Shown here piece after piece: positions 30,101 to 42,332 of a stretch of DNA of 64,000 nt. The notes under the pieces are model-generated. The model saw only the letters and a list, made by a program, of their open reading frames with translations. It was not told the DNA's origin and searched no databases. The DNA is from Cyanophora paradoxa CCMP329. Lineage: Eukaryota; Plantae; Glaucophyta. How positions within the stretch are numbered: position 1 is the first letter of the stretch; every line of letters begins with the position of its first letter. Made by a program: the position numbers and the translations under genes. Location: the NCBI GenBank assembly GCA_004431415.1, contig QPMI01000104.1:1-64000 (forward strand), read 5' to 3'.

Positions 30101-31625
30101 CTTCACGAGCGCCTCGGGAGCGCCCCTCTCCGACTCGGCCTGGAGCGTCTTTGTCAAGCGCGTGACGGAAAAGTGGACGGGGGTACCGGTGACGGCGCAG
30201 GCGATGCGGGCCATCATCACGACGCACGTGCGCGACGAGGCCGCGGCGAACCGCATCTCCGGCGACACCGCGGCCGCCGTCGTCGACGGGACGGGTACGC
30301 CGAAGCGCCCCCCCCCCCCCCCCCCCCCCCCGCCTCTCTCACCCGCCCGCGCGCCCGCAGCCAAGCTCCTGGGCCACTCGGTGCTGACGGCGACGCAAAA
30401 TTACGACTACTCGGCGCGGGCGCGCACGGCGGCGGCGGCGGTGGCGTACCTCGAGGAGCTCGCCGTCAAGCACGACGAGGCGCGGCTCCGGGCCCGCGAG
30501 AGCGCCGCCTCCGCCGAGTCGCCGCCCCGCCTCGAACTCCCGCCGGCACCGGCGCTGCCGCCGCCGCCGCCGCCGCCATCCGGATCCCCCGCGCCCTCGG
30601 CGGCGGGCGGGAGCTCGGGCGGCGGGACCGAGGCGGAGCGGGACGACGGCGGGGACTCCGAGGAGGACGCCGACGACGAGCCGGCGCCGTTGCCCGCGCC
30701 GCCGTCCGCCCCGGCGCGTCCCCGCGCGGGGCGCGGCGCGGAGAGCTCCAGCTCGTACTCGGAGGACGACGGCGAGGGCGGGAGCGGCACGTCGAACGGG
30801 AGCGAAGAGGCCAAGCGGCGGCGGACGGGGGCGGAGAGGCCGCGCGCCTGGGACGCCGACTACACCCTCGAGCGCGAGCTCGCCATCGCCGAGCAGAGGT
30901 ACTGCGCGCCCTGCGATCGGGTGAGCCGCCCGCCCCCGCCCCGCCCCGCGCCGCCCCCCGCGCGCCGCCGCCCTGACGCACCGCAAGGAGTTTAAGACCT
31001 CGGCCGGGGCGCGGGCCCACGAGCACTACTGCTCCCGCGGCCTCCTCCGCGGCGGGCGCGGCCGGCGCGGCCTCGGCCGCGCGCGCGGGCGCGGAGGCGC
31101 CGCCTCCCAGGAGCCCATCCCCGTCGGCGTCGCCGCCGCCGGCCCGCGCCGCCCCTCTACCACCTGCACTGGCGGTCGGCCTCGCCGTACCCGGCGGGGC
31201 AGGTGGTGGCGGCGCTGGCGACGCACGCGGCGAGCCCGCTCCCCGGCGTGTGGTTCGCGCGCCTCGTCCAGACGATCGACCTGCCGAGCGGCGAGTACGA
31301 GTCGCGCTTCGTGGTGCTGAAGCGCTTCGGCGGCGCGTGGGCGCCGAGCCAGGAGGGCGGACCGCGCGAGTGGAGCTTTCCTTCGTCACTTTATCCCGTC
31401 GAGTATGAGGGACGGAACGGCACGGTCGAGATCCGGACCGGCCCGAGCGCATTCTGGGCTGCTGGGCCTCCCGGCGCCTGCCACACCGTCCTCGTCTCCG
31501 TCGTCGTCGCGCGGCGGCGGCGCTGGGCGCGGCGCCCAGCCTGCCCGGCGGCGCGGTCGCCCGCCAAAGATGCGTACCTGAGCGAAGGATCGGTATTGTC
31601 ACGGAGCGACGGGCAGTTGTCCTAG
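27178..31625 (+). CDS. Multidomain protein: N-terminal putative DNA-binding region, Ulp1/SENP (C48) protease, tyrosine recombinase, C2HC Zn finger, C-terminal beta-rich domain
   Basis: Introns at 28410-28488, 28632-28696, 29794-29869, 30295-30360 and 30921-30987. Continuity needs correction of apparent homopolymer frameshifts at ~28795-29140 and ~31140. Confidence 0.7.
28120..28880 (+). other. Ulp1/SENP-like cysteine protease domain
   Basis: WLADTHV (28123), GGHWTLL (His 28375), YWDSLG (Asp 28505) and LQGDGFQCGIWVL (Gln, Cys 28622) after splicing. Confidence 0.85.
29170..30420 (+). other. Tyrosine recombinase (core-binding + catalytic domain)
   Basis: RFLAFLRDERRVRAGTLAGY; LLVSTPSRVGIVRRLRIG (Arg 29768); SSKTAKTAG (Lys 29967); WLFTSASG; AQAMRAIITTH (Arg 30207); AKLLGHSVLTATQNYD (His 30375, Tyr 30402). 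Confidence 0.9.
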
Positions 31626-31819
31626 GGGCGGGAGATGGCTCGCTCACGCGCTCGACAGAGCCGACCCGGGCCTTGGAGGATTCCCATCCGCTCTGTGACG
31701 GCGGAAAGCGCCCGCTCCTGTGCGTGTACGCGAGTTATTGCTTGGTATATGCGTTGCGATGGCGGGAAGGAAGTACCGCGATGGCCGAAGAGGGGGTACA
31801 CGGTGGAGGGAGAAGACCG

Positions 31820-32972
31820 GCCGCACCCTAGACGGAATCGCCGCCGCTCCGTGACGGCCGAGGGGGTACGCGCGCGCCGCGGCCGCCCCGCCCTAGACGG
31901 AGGCGCCGCCGCTCCGTGACGGCCGAGGGGGTACGCGCGGCGCCGCGGCCGCCCCGCCCTAGACGGAGGCGCCGCCGCTCCGTGACGGCCGAGGGGGGTA
32001 CGCGCGGCGCCGCGGCCGCCCCGCCCTAGACGGAATCGCCGCCGCTCCGTGACGGCCGAGGGGGGGTACGGGCGGCGGAGGGCGGCGGTGGGCTCCGTCC
32101 TCTTTCCTTCGTACCCCGTGAAGTCGGTGGGCTCCTCCATCTGCGCGGGCGGGGATGAGAGTTGTACTCGTTATCTTTTCGGCTTTTAATATTTATCTTA
32201 GTGACAACTTCAGGGGTTTGGGTAGCACGAGGAGCTTACCGCGCCGCCGGGGGTACGAAGGAAAGAGACACGGGCCTACCCCCGCCGTCACGGAGCCGAG
32301 CCAGTTCCCTCTAGGGCGGCGCCGGCGGCGGGTGAAGAGCTCACCGCGCCGCGGGGGGAACGAAGGAAAGAGATGCGGGCCTACCCCCGCCGCCCGTCAC
32401 GGATCCGAGTCAGTTCCCTCTAGGGCGGCGCCGGCGTCGGGCGAGGAGCTTACCGCGCCGCCGGGGGTACGAAGGAAAGCGATGCGGGCCTACCCCCGCC
32501 GCCCGTCACGGAGCCGAGTCAGTTCCCTCTAGGGCGGCGCCGGCGTCGGGCGAGGGGCGTACCGCGCCGCGGGGGGTACGAAGGAAAGAGGTGCGGGCCT
32601 ACCCCCGCCGCCCGTCACGGAGCCGAGTCAGTTCCCTCTAGGGCGGCGCTGGCGGCGGGCGAAGGGCTTACCGCGCCGCCGGGGGTACGAAGGAAAGCGA
32701 TGCGGGCCTACCCCCGCCGCCCATCACGGAGCCGAGTCGGTTCCCTCTAGGGCGGCGCCGGCGGCGGGCGAAGGGCTTACCGCGCCGCCGGGGGTACGAA
32801 GGAAAGCGATGCGGGCCTACCCCCGCCGCCCGTCACGGAGCCGCGTCAGTTCCCTCTAGGGCGGCGCCGGCGTCGGCCGCGGCGCTCATAGCCTACGCGG
32901 GGTACGAACGAAGGAGGCCCTGAGGGGTGCACCTACCCCCGCCGCCCGTCACGGAGCCGCGTCGGTTCCCTC
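31820..32972 (+). repeat. Repeat region hr5: 4x A, node, 7x B
   Basis: Same monomers; node GGCTTTTAATATTTATCTTAG at ~32181-32201. Confidence 0.93.
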
Positions 32973-33695
32973 TAACGCGACACCGGCGCTGAGGAACGGG
33001 CGCACCTATCGTAACGAAGGCGACAGCTCGCGAACGCGACTCCGGATCCGCTTAGGTTGGCCGCGCGCCCGTCCGGCGTTGGTCCACGCCGCCTATCACG
33101 GAGCTCGGGCCGTGTCGGTAGAACGCGCACGTAGCCTCCGGGCGCTCGATCGAGGCCGCGGCCGCCGGGCCTCGAGCTCGTCCGCGCCGGCCGCGAACGA
33201 CCCAGGCCTGCGCGATGTAAGCTATCAAGGCGCTCGACCTCGCTGCGCGGCGCGATGGCACGGCGCACCATTCCTCCGCCATCTATCGTCCGGAAGCTGT
33301 TGCGGCCGGAGGCGAAGGTTACAAGTACCTCGGGCGCGCGCCACATCCGCCGGCACGAAGCCGAGGCGATCCGAGCCGCCGAGGTCTCCGATCCGCGGCT
33401 CTCTCACGCCAACCGCCGCATCTGCGTCGCGCTGGGGCGCTGCAACGATACGTTCCGGTCTCATGCCGATTTGGCCCGCTGGACGCTCGCTGTGCGAGCG
33501 CAAGGCCCGCAACGAGCGCTAGACAGCGACGCGCCTCGCAGCTCGCCTCAAAGCTCGCCCCGGCTCGCTCCCATGAGCAGCGGATTTGGGGTACGCATTT
33601 ACGAATCACAGACGTCGACGAGCTTAAAATTTGCATCACGGCGTGGCTACAGCTATAGCGCTGCGTTTTCTAGCTGTACGGAGCCTACGAACGCG

Positions 33696-34172
33696 TCAAC
33701 TACGGCTCGCGCCGCGGCCGACCGCGTAAACACAGAAGATCGAATTCGGTGCTCCGGGTACCTCCTGGCGCGTGACGCCCACGCGGCGCCGCAGGTGCGC
33801 GATGCGCGGATCCGCGAGGATCTTTGCGGAGAGCTCGTCCGCCTCGGCCCGCGCGAAGCGGGCGACGACGGTCTCAATCCCCGCGAGCAGGGCGAGGACG
33901 GCGCTCTCGGAGGCGGGGAGTTCGGTCGCTGATCCCCAAGAGGCGGGCTCCTGAGCTCCGGGCGGGGTGATGCGGACGAGCCAGTGGCCGCGCGGCTCCG
34001 GCAGTACGACGACGTGTGCGCGCACGAGGAGGCTGGCGACGGCGGGCTCGACGACCTCGGCGACGCGCTTGAGCAGGGTCGGAGTCCGGAGCGCGAGGGC
34101 GATCGGTCGACCGGCGACGAGGGCGCTGGAGATGCGACGGGCGGCGTTTTGAACGACGGTAGAGGCCTCCAT
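33696..34172 (-). CDS. 158-aa hypothetical protein, paralogue family A
   Basis: 13/60 gapless identities to 20719-20937. Confidence 0.6.
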   Translation of the reverse strand: MEASTVVQNAARRISSALVAGRPIALALRTPTLLKRVAEVVEPAVASLLVRAHVVVLPEPRGHWLVRITPPGAQEPASWGSATELPASESAVLALLAGIETVVARFARAEADELSAKILADPRIAHLRRRVGVTRQEVPGAPNSIFCVYAVGRGASRS

Positions 34173-34509
34173 GATCGTCGAGGTCGATGGCAAATGTGCG
34201 TCCAGGGACCGTCTGCTCCGCCTTTAAGCACGCCGTCAGTTGAATTCGAGCGAAAGCGCCTTCCCCGCCCCACGCGTCCAGCGTATCGTTTGAATCCGCA
34301 AATCACGTATATTCGAGAACAGCGCGCGCAGTCGGCTCGCGATCCGCGAGCGACGGCGGGAGTTGGGCGGGCGGGCCGGGGTATCGAGGGTACGGGGCGG
34401 AAGAGGCGTCGTAGAGGGCATGTGGAAGCGAACGAGGGCACGTGACTGCGGGAAAGGCTGAACGTGAAGGGTGTAGAGGCGGTGCACGGCCGAGGAAGGA
34501 GACCGGCCG

Positions 34510-36375
34510 CGCCCTACACCGAATCGCCGCCGCTCCGTGACGGCCGAGGGGGTACGGGCGGCGCCGCGTCCGCCCCGCCCTAGACGGAATCGCCGCCGCT
34601 CCGTGACGGCCGAGGGGGGTACGGGCGGCGCCGCGGCCGCCCCGCCCTAGACGGAATCGCCGCCGCTCCGTGACGGCCGAGGGGGTACGGGCGGCGCCGC
34701 GGCCGCCCCGCCCTAGACGGAATCGCCGCCGCTCCGTGACGGCCGAGGGGGGTACGGGCGGCGGAGGGCGGCGGTGGGCTCTGTCTTCTTTCCTTCGTAC
34801 CCCGCGAAGTCGGTGGGCTCCTCCATCTGCGCGGGCGGGGATGAGAGTTGTACTCGTTATCTATTCGGCTTTTTATATATATCTTAGTGACAACTTAGGG
34901 GATATGGGTGACACGAGGAGCTTACCGCGCCGCCGGGGGTACGAAGGAGAGAGACACGGGCCTACCCCCGCCGTCACGGAGCCGAGTCAGTTCCCTCTAG
35001 CGCGGCGCCGGCGTCGGGCGAGGAGCTTACCGCGCCGCCGGGGTACGAAGGAGAGAGACACGGGCCTACCCCCGCCGCCCGTCACGGAGCCGAGTCAGTT
35101 CCCTCTAGCGCGGCGCCGGCGTCGGGCGAGGGGCTTACCGCGCCGCCGGGGGTACGAAGGAGAGAGACACGGGCCTACCCCCGCCGCCCGTCACGGAGCC
35201 GAGTCAGTTCCCTCTAGCGCGGCGCCGGCGTCGGGCGAGGAGCTTACCGCGCCGCCGGGGTACGAAGGAGAGAGACACGGGCCTACCCCCGCCGCCCGTC
35301 ACGGAGCCGAGTCAGTTCCCTCTAGCGCGGCGCCGGCGTCGGGCGAGGGGCTTACCGCGCCGCCGGGGGTACGAAGGAGAGAGACACGGGCCTACCCCCG
35401 CCGCCCGTCACGGAGCCGAGTCAGTTCCCTCTAGCGCGGCGCCGGCGTCGGGCGAGGGGCTTACCGCGCCGCCGGGGGTACGAAGGAGAGAGACACGGGC
35501 CTACCCCCGCCGCCCGTCACGGAGCCGAGTCAGTTCCCTCTAGCGCGGCGCCGGCGTCGGGCGAGGGGCTTACCGCGCCGCCGGGGTACGAAGGAAAGAG
35601 ATGCGGGCCTACCCCGCCGCCCGTCACGGAGCCGACTCAGTTTCCTCTAGAGGGCGCCGGCGTCGGGCGAGGGGCTCACCGCGCCGCCGGGGGTACGAAG
35701 GAAAGCGATGCGGGCCTACCCCCGCCGCCCGTCACGGAGCCGAGTCAGTTCCCTCTAGGGCGGCGCCGGCGTCGGGCGAGGGGCTTACCGCGCCGCCGGG
35801 GGTACGAAGGAAAGAGATGCGGGCCTACCCCCGCCGCCCGTCACGGAGCCGAGTCAGTTCCCTCTAGGGGGGCGCCGGCGTCGGGCGAGGGGCTCACCGC
35901 GCCGCCGGGGGTACGAAGGAAAGAGATGAGGGCCTACCCCGCCGCCCGTCACGGAGCCGAGTCAGTTCCCTCTAGCGCGGCGCCGGCGGGGGCGAAGAGC
36001 TCACCGCGCCGCCGGGGAACGAAGGAAACAGACACGGGCCTACCCCCGCCGCCCGTCACGGAGCCGAGTCAGTTCCCTCTAGGGGGCGCCGGCGGCGGCG
36101 AGGGGCTCACCTCGCGCCGCCGGGGGTGCAAAGGAAAGAGATGTCGGACCGGCCGCGCCCTAGACGGAATCGCCGCCGCTCCGTGACGGCCGAGGGGGTA
36201 CGGCGGCGCCGCGGCCGCCCCGCCCTAGACGAACGCGCCGCCGCTCCGTGACGGCCGCCGGGGGGGGGGGGGGGGGGGGGGGGGGTGAGGGACGAGTGGC
36301 GGAGGGCGGCGATGGGCGGTTTTCATCGTACTCCGCGAGCTCAATTATAACCTCCATCTGCGCGGGCGGGGATGA
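34510..36375 (+). repeat. hr1, second copy
   Basis: Duplicate of 752-2630. Confidence 0.93.
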
Positions 36376-37113
36376 CTCTGGTAGACGAAACGGGCGTCGG
36401 GCCGGGGTGCGGACGAACGACGCCCAAGGTGCGCGTTGAGAGCTCCACCTGCCCCGGCGGCCTGTTTCTAAGCATAATAAGCTCTCGCTCCGACCCGGCG
36501 CAGGTCGCGCGAGGAGCGACGAGCCGAACCGCGTCGCAGGGCTTGCAATTGGCATCGTCTTCGCCGCGGGCCCGATCGGCATCTGCGCGAGCGCGTCAAG
36601 AGTGGCGGCGGACGACTGCGTCGAGCCTTTAGAAGGATTCAGGGCGGCTCCGTGACGGCCGCGGGGACGCGGGCGGGCAAAGGAGGCCCCATGGCCAACT
36701 AACTGCTCCGGTTTCGAGGAACTCTTGCGCGTTTCGAGAGAGCTTTTGTACGTGTTAACGTTGGATGGCGAGTCATCTTTCGAGAGCCAAGGAGTATCAG
36801 TAACGCACGGCTGGGGGGTGTGGAGCACGATGTTCGCTCGACCTCTCGTGTTCGCGCTCGCGAGGGCACGCAAGGGCGCGCCGACATGCGCGCCATGCTG
36901 CATACGAAACGAACGCACACGAATTCGCCGGCGCTGTCGTCCACATGCGGGGCTACGGTCGGAAAGGGGCCCGGGGGTCAACTATGCCCGAAAGGGTCGA
37001 AAAAACGCGGCAGACCGGCTGGAACGCGTCTTAGCAGATGGGATACACGGTTGGCCGGCTGGGTACCGTGAAAGCTCGGCTCCACGCGCAGAGCAGTCTG
37101 TTAAGCGTAGCGG

Positions 37114-40100
37114 ATGCAGCCGGGCGGGAGCGGAGGCCCGCAGGAGCCGCCGAACGCCGCCCCGCCGCCCCAGCCGACGGGTGCGCGCTTTGACGAGCGC
37201 GCCCTGCTCCGCTAACGCCGATCCGCAGCGGAGGGTCATTGTGTCGTATGTAAGCAGGTGTTGTTGCTCCCGGTCTCGTTCTGCAAGCCCGACTGCGGCG
37301 CACGACGCCGATTGTGTCTTCCGTGCTTCATCTCGGACGAGCGCTTCCGCAGCTACAGGAACGCGGTTGCGGGGTGGTGCGCATCGTACCGAGTGTGTAG
37401 AGTGTCTCGTTGTAAACCGCTCGACGCGCAGCGAATGCGGAGGAGTCCCCGAGGCCGTCAATCTCGGGAACACAGGCTCCGTCTGTGCAAAGTACCACGA
37501 CATTGCGGGGCTTCCGGAGGGCCTGCAGCCGGCAGCAAACCAGCGGTGGGACCTGTTCAAGCGCGTGTTCGACTCGGCCAAGGCGAGCGAAAAGAAGCCG
37601 AAGAAAGGGCAGCGCCAGCAGAAGAAAGGAGGTCCCAAGAAGGCGAACGGCGGCGACGGCAAGGCCGGCGACGGCAAGGCCGGCGACGGCGACCGAGGAG
37701 AAGAAAACGAGGAGAACGAGGAGGACGAGGAGGACGAAGAAGCTGGCGACGATTCGGACGACGATCCAGACCGCCCGCGCAAGGGCCGTACGCGTCACGC
37801 CGACGCGACGGTCGAGCGCAGGGCGGAGGCCATCGTCGAGAATCTCGCGGATGGCTGGCTTGGCAGCTTTCGGCGGGTCGTCCCTCGACCACCTCAGCAT
37901 TCGCCGGCCGCAGCCTTGCCGTCGAGCACGGTGCCGGCGCCAGTGGGCAATGTGGTGGCGGACGCGATCGAAAGCTCCTCCAACAGCGCCTTTGTCAGCG
38001 TCAACCCGTTCGCGTCGGGCGAGCTGTCCGCGGCCATGCGCGGGCTCGCCTCCTCCGCACCTGTGGATCTCATCTCGCAAATCAAGAACGATCCGAGCAA
38101 GTACAGGGAGCTGGATCGGTTCATGTTGGCGGCAGCTTCCATCCTCACGGCAGGCGAGCTGGAGAACACCGCGACCTTCATGATGGTTTGCCAGGTACAA
38201 CGCCCCCAATCCCATTCCCACTTTGCCCGCCGACGAGCTCTTTCGTCGCAGTACGTCGCCCTTTTCTACGACTTCGAGGGTCGGCGGATAATGGAGGAGG
38301 ATGCGCGGAAGAAGGCGGGGCGAGCGGTCGAGTCGTTCATGATCAGCAGCAAGACCCTGAGCGAACGGATTCGAGGCCTCGTCGGGGAGAGGATCGCGGA
38401 TTTCGATGAAGATCCACACGGCAAGCTGGACTGGGCGAAGATGCTCTCCCTCGAAACGTCGGGGACGGTCCAAGACTTTCGCGACAAGACGGTCGATCAC
38501 ATCGACACCGAAAAGGGAAGAAGAATTTGGTCGATGTGGTCCGCCCCGATCCCGCTCGTCGGCGCGGGCGCCACCCTGACGCCTCGCTCGCAGCTTCTGC
38601 GGATTCGCAAGATCGGCGCGGCGCTCCGGGCGTTTCCCTGTCTGCTCATGATGGGCCCGAAAACGACGCGAACGCACGTGAAGAAGCTCAACGCGCCCAA
38701 CTTCTCTCTTGGGCAGGCGGTCCTCGATGTGGAGGAGCACGCGCGTCGGGGGCGGGGCGCGGCGCCGACGGCTCCGGCGCGGCGGCCGCGCCCCGCCCCC
38801 GCCCAAGGGCGATCGAGCGTCGAAGAGCGAGGAGAGTAGGCGGCAGAAGGCGGAGCGCGGAGATGAGCTCATCAAGGCCGTCCGAAGGTCGCTGGAAGCA
38901 CACGTGGCGGAAAAAGGGTTGCGTGGCGACGACGCCCTTCTGTCATGCCTCCTCGACCCCGAGATCCCGATCTACCATCCGAACAACCCCCTCTACCTGC
39001 ACCCCGATGGCGGTCGCGATGGCCCGAGACCCGCCCCCGACATGGATCGGTGCCTCTTAACCGCACCTCGCGGCGGGGGGCGATCCGTTCTCACGTTCCC
39101 GGATCGCGACAGAAAAGTGGACTTCGAAACGGCGTTGAGCAAGGCGGGACGTCTGCTCAGGGCGGCGTCCACGGAAGGCATCCGCAACGCGTTCATCGAC
39201 AACGAGCGCCTCAAGAGCATGCACCCCTATGGTGCGAGCGTGTCGCCCGCGCCTCGATGAACCTTATCCGACTCTGCGTCGCCAGTCGTTCCGGAGGGGA
39301 CCATGGAAGACCTCGAGGAGGCCCTCGGTCCAAAACGGTTGGAACCCGACCCGGAAGACGAGGCGGCGGACGGGTGGCCGTCCCTTCAGCGTCTCTCGCC
39401 CACTGGAGTCCTCTTGTTCGGCCCGCCGGTCCGTGCTTCCGCGCGGGGGCCCGCTTCGCGCTCTCTGATTCGCGTTGCGCAGGGCACAGGCAAGTCACAG
39501 TTCGCGCGCGAGCTCGCTCGCCGCATCGGCTACAGCTTCCTCGAGTACAAGCCGTCGCAGATCAGCGAATATGTGCTCGCCCGTTCGCCCGCGCACCCGT
39601 TCCATCCCTGATCTTGCAGCAGTACGGGCAAGCCGCAAAGATCGTCGAGGCGTTCTTCGACATCGCCTACGACGTGCAGGACGTCATCTTAATGTGCGAG
39701 TGCGTATATTTTCGCTCCCTGCAATGCATAATATGGCGCTCTCGGTAACGTTTGGTCCAGCGAGGTGGATGCGACCGTCCCAGCTTCCAAGGCGTCGTTG
39801 GACGAACTGCAGAAACAGGTCATGAACACGGTACGCTCGAGTGCTCGTGCACGCCTCCCGCGACTCACAGGGTGTTAGTTTGCGACGGCGATGGACAAAC
39901 TCTACAACGAGGTCGAGCACCGGCGAGTTCGCACAGGCGACCCCGGCCGCGGTCCGATTGTAATCGCCGCGACCAACTATCCGCTCGACATGGACGCCAA
40001 GTTCTTTCGTCGCTTCCGCAAGCAGTACGCCGTCCTGCACGTATTCCTTCGCGTTTAATCCCGTTCCGCAGCATCTTCCTTCCCGCACCCAACGCCGAAT

Positions 40101-41062
40101 TCCGCCGCGAGATCATCAAGTCCATCATGAAGTTCGAGCACGAGAAGGCGCTCCTTAAGGAGAACGAGAAGCGGCAGGGGCGGGAACTCTCCCCGACGAA
40201 CAAGCATCTCTTCCGCGAGGAGTGCTTCGCCGACGTGAACCTCGACGAGCTCGCGTCGGACGAAATGTCGGGGGGCTTCACGTACCAGGTCTTCGAGGAG
40301 ATTTTCGGGGAAAAACTCAGAAGCATCAGGTCCGTCGCCGGGGCCCATCGCGTGCCCCGTTCTTTCTTGATCAGGACGACAGGAAAAGGGACATCGACTA
40401 CGAGAGCGTGAAACAGGCCGTCCGCCGAGGGGAGTTAAAGGAGCCGCCGGACGGCCGGTCCATCGCGCAGTGCGAAGCATTTCGCAGGGGCAAGCGCGCA
40501 GGGAGGCCTTCCGAGGACGCGGCGGAGGCCGCGGCGCCTGCGTCGGCACCCGCGTCGCCCGCAGCATCGGCGGCGACCGCGTCGGCGCCCGCGTCGCCCG
40601 CAGCATCGGCGGCGACCGCATCGGCGCCCGCAGCATCGGCGGCGACCGCGGGCGCCCGGCAACGGCCCCGCGGAAGCCTAGAGGTCGCCAAAGCTTCGCT
40701 CCCGCGAAGAAAGCACCTCGTATCCGGGGGCGCGCGCGCGGAGCCGCACGCGGCCGAGGCAGGGGCGCCCGCCAAGCCCCCGTACCGGTCGCCACGCCCG
40801 TGGACTCTCCGAAAGGTGCGCAGTGCCGACCCGTGCCTCGCGCCCCGACCTTAATCCTCGTGCAGAAGATGGAGCAACGCCGCCCGATCCCTCGCCCTCC
40901 AGCAGCCGCAAGCGCAAGGCCGACGAGGCCGACGTCGACGAGGCCGACGAGGATGCGCCCGCGGTTCGGGACCCGCCCTCCAGTCCATTTCGTGCTCAAA
41001 TCACACTCCTCCCGCCAGGAACCAAGCGGGACGATCGGCAACAATTCGAGGATATGATGTAG
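37114..41062 (+). CDS. AAA+ ATPase, second copy (a few apparent 1-bp deletions)
   Basis: Duplicate of 3365-7314. Confidence 0.82.
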
Positions 41063-42332
41063 GCTTTCGTTCTATCTTTCCCTTTCCCTTTAATTTCACT
41101 AGTCTAGTCTTCTTCGGATAATTGAAAACCTTGTACTTTTATTACGTTTTTGTTCTTCTATTACAGATTGTTTAACGTGTAAAGAGGTTTTCTGATTACA
41201 CAAGAATAGAGAGAAAGTCAGATTCTAGGGTCGGGGAAAGGGAAAGGAAGGGGGTGCCCCGATTGATAAGCGAACTACATACTCCTTTTTCTAGCTATGG
41301 AAAGCCCTATAGCTAGAGCTATAGGACATAGCTATAGCCTATAGTGTACACTGTACATGTACTCGGCGTCCGAGAGAGTCGACGTCGCACCGACTCGCAC
41401 GTCGAGCTAGCCGGCGTAGACTCTGTCACTCTGAGAGACGGTACGTATACGTATACTGCCCGGCGGCCGCACCGGTATACGTAGAGTCACTGAGTCGCGA
41501 CTCACTGTCACGGAGCCGAGGGCGAACCATCTAGGGTCGCAATTGCAATCGCCTCCGCCCGCCGCCCGCGCGGCCGGGCCGCGCGCGGCCCGCGGCGCGG
41601 GCCGCGGCCGTCTATATATAGCTAGATCTGTCACGGAGGCGAGGCCGCTTTGCCTAGGGGCTCGGAGAAGCCCGGCAGCGGGCGCGGGACTCCTTAGATC
41701 GATATCGATGGCGCCGCGCGCGACGCCGAGCCCGGCCGGCGGCCGCGGCCCGGCCCGGCCCTGCAGCCGGTCCGGCGCCGGCGGTCCGGATCCCAGTATA
41801 CGTACTAGTGCTGCGCCGGCCGCGGGCGCTCGAAGTCCGGGGCGAGGCGCCGAGCTCGAGCCCCGGGCCCCCGGCCGCGCCGACGCGGCCGGCCCGGCGG
41901 CGCCAGCGCTAGCTATAGCCTAAAGCCATCCGCCGGCGCTGTCCCGCGCTGAGACACGAATGCGCGCGCGTCCGCGCTCCGCCGCGCCCGCCGCGAGCGC
42001 CAGGCGCCGCCAGCTCGCGTTCGAGCTCGAGCTCGAGGCGCGCCGCCCATGGTCGCGCGCGCGCCGACCTTAGGCCTGTGCGTGGGGCCTGCCGAGGGCC
42101 GACGCCCACGCCGCGCGCGGACGTGCTCGCGTTGTGCTATCGCTATCGGCCGCGACCGCGACACACTCTCTCGAGCTCGAGCTCGACGAGGACGATTTTG
42201 ATTCATTTTATTTACAAGTTTACTCGTTTTGGGACTCGGCTGAGTACTTCGCGTACGTTAGCTGGACTGGCTATGGTTGCGGCCGTTTACGCGCTATACG
42301 TACGCGTACATGCACGTATACGCGTCCGACGT

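Noticed and set aside
22072-31647. Long Arg/Pro/Ala-rich ORFs such as 22072-23940, 27231-29573, 22949-24478 and 30466-31647 as independent genes
   Set aside because: Shadow frames of very GC-rich coding DNA. Only short segments belong to the real spliced or frameshifted genes.
33255-33932. 225-aa plus-strand ORF
   Set aside because: Its 3' half overlaps the better-supported minus-strand family A gene and it has no motif; the 5' part may be coding but is unsupported.
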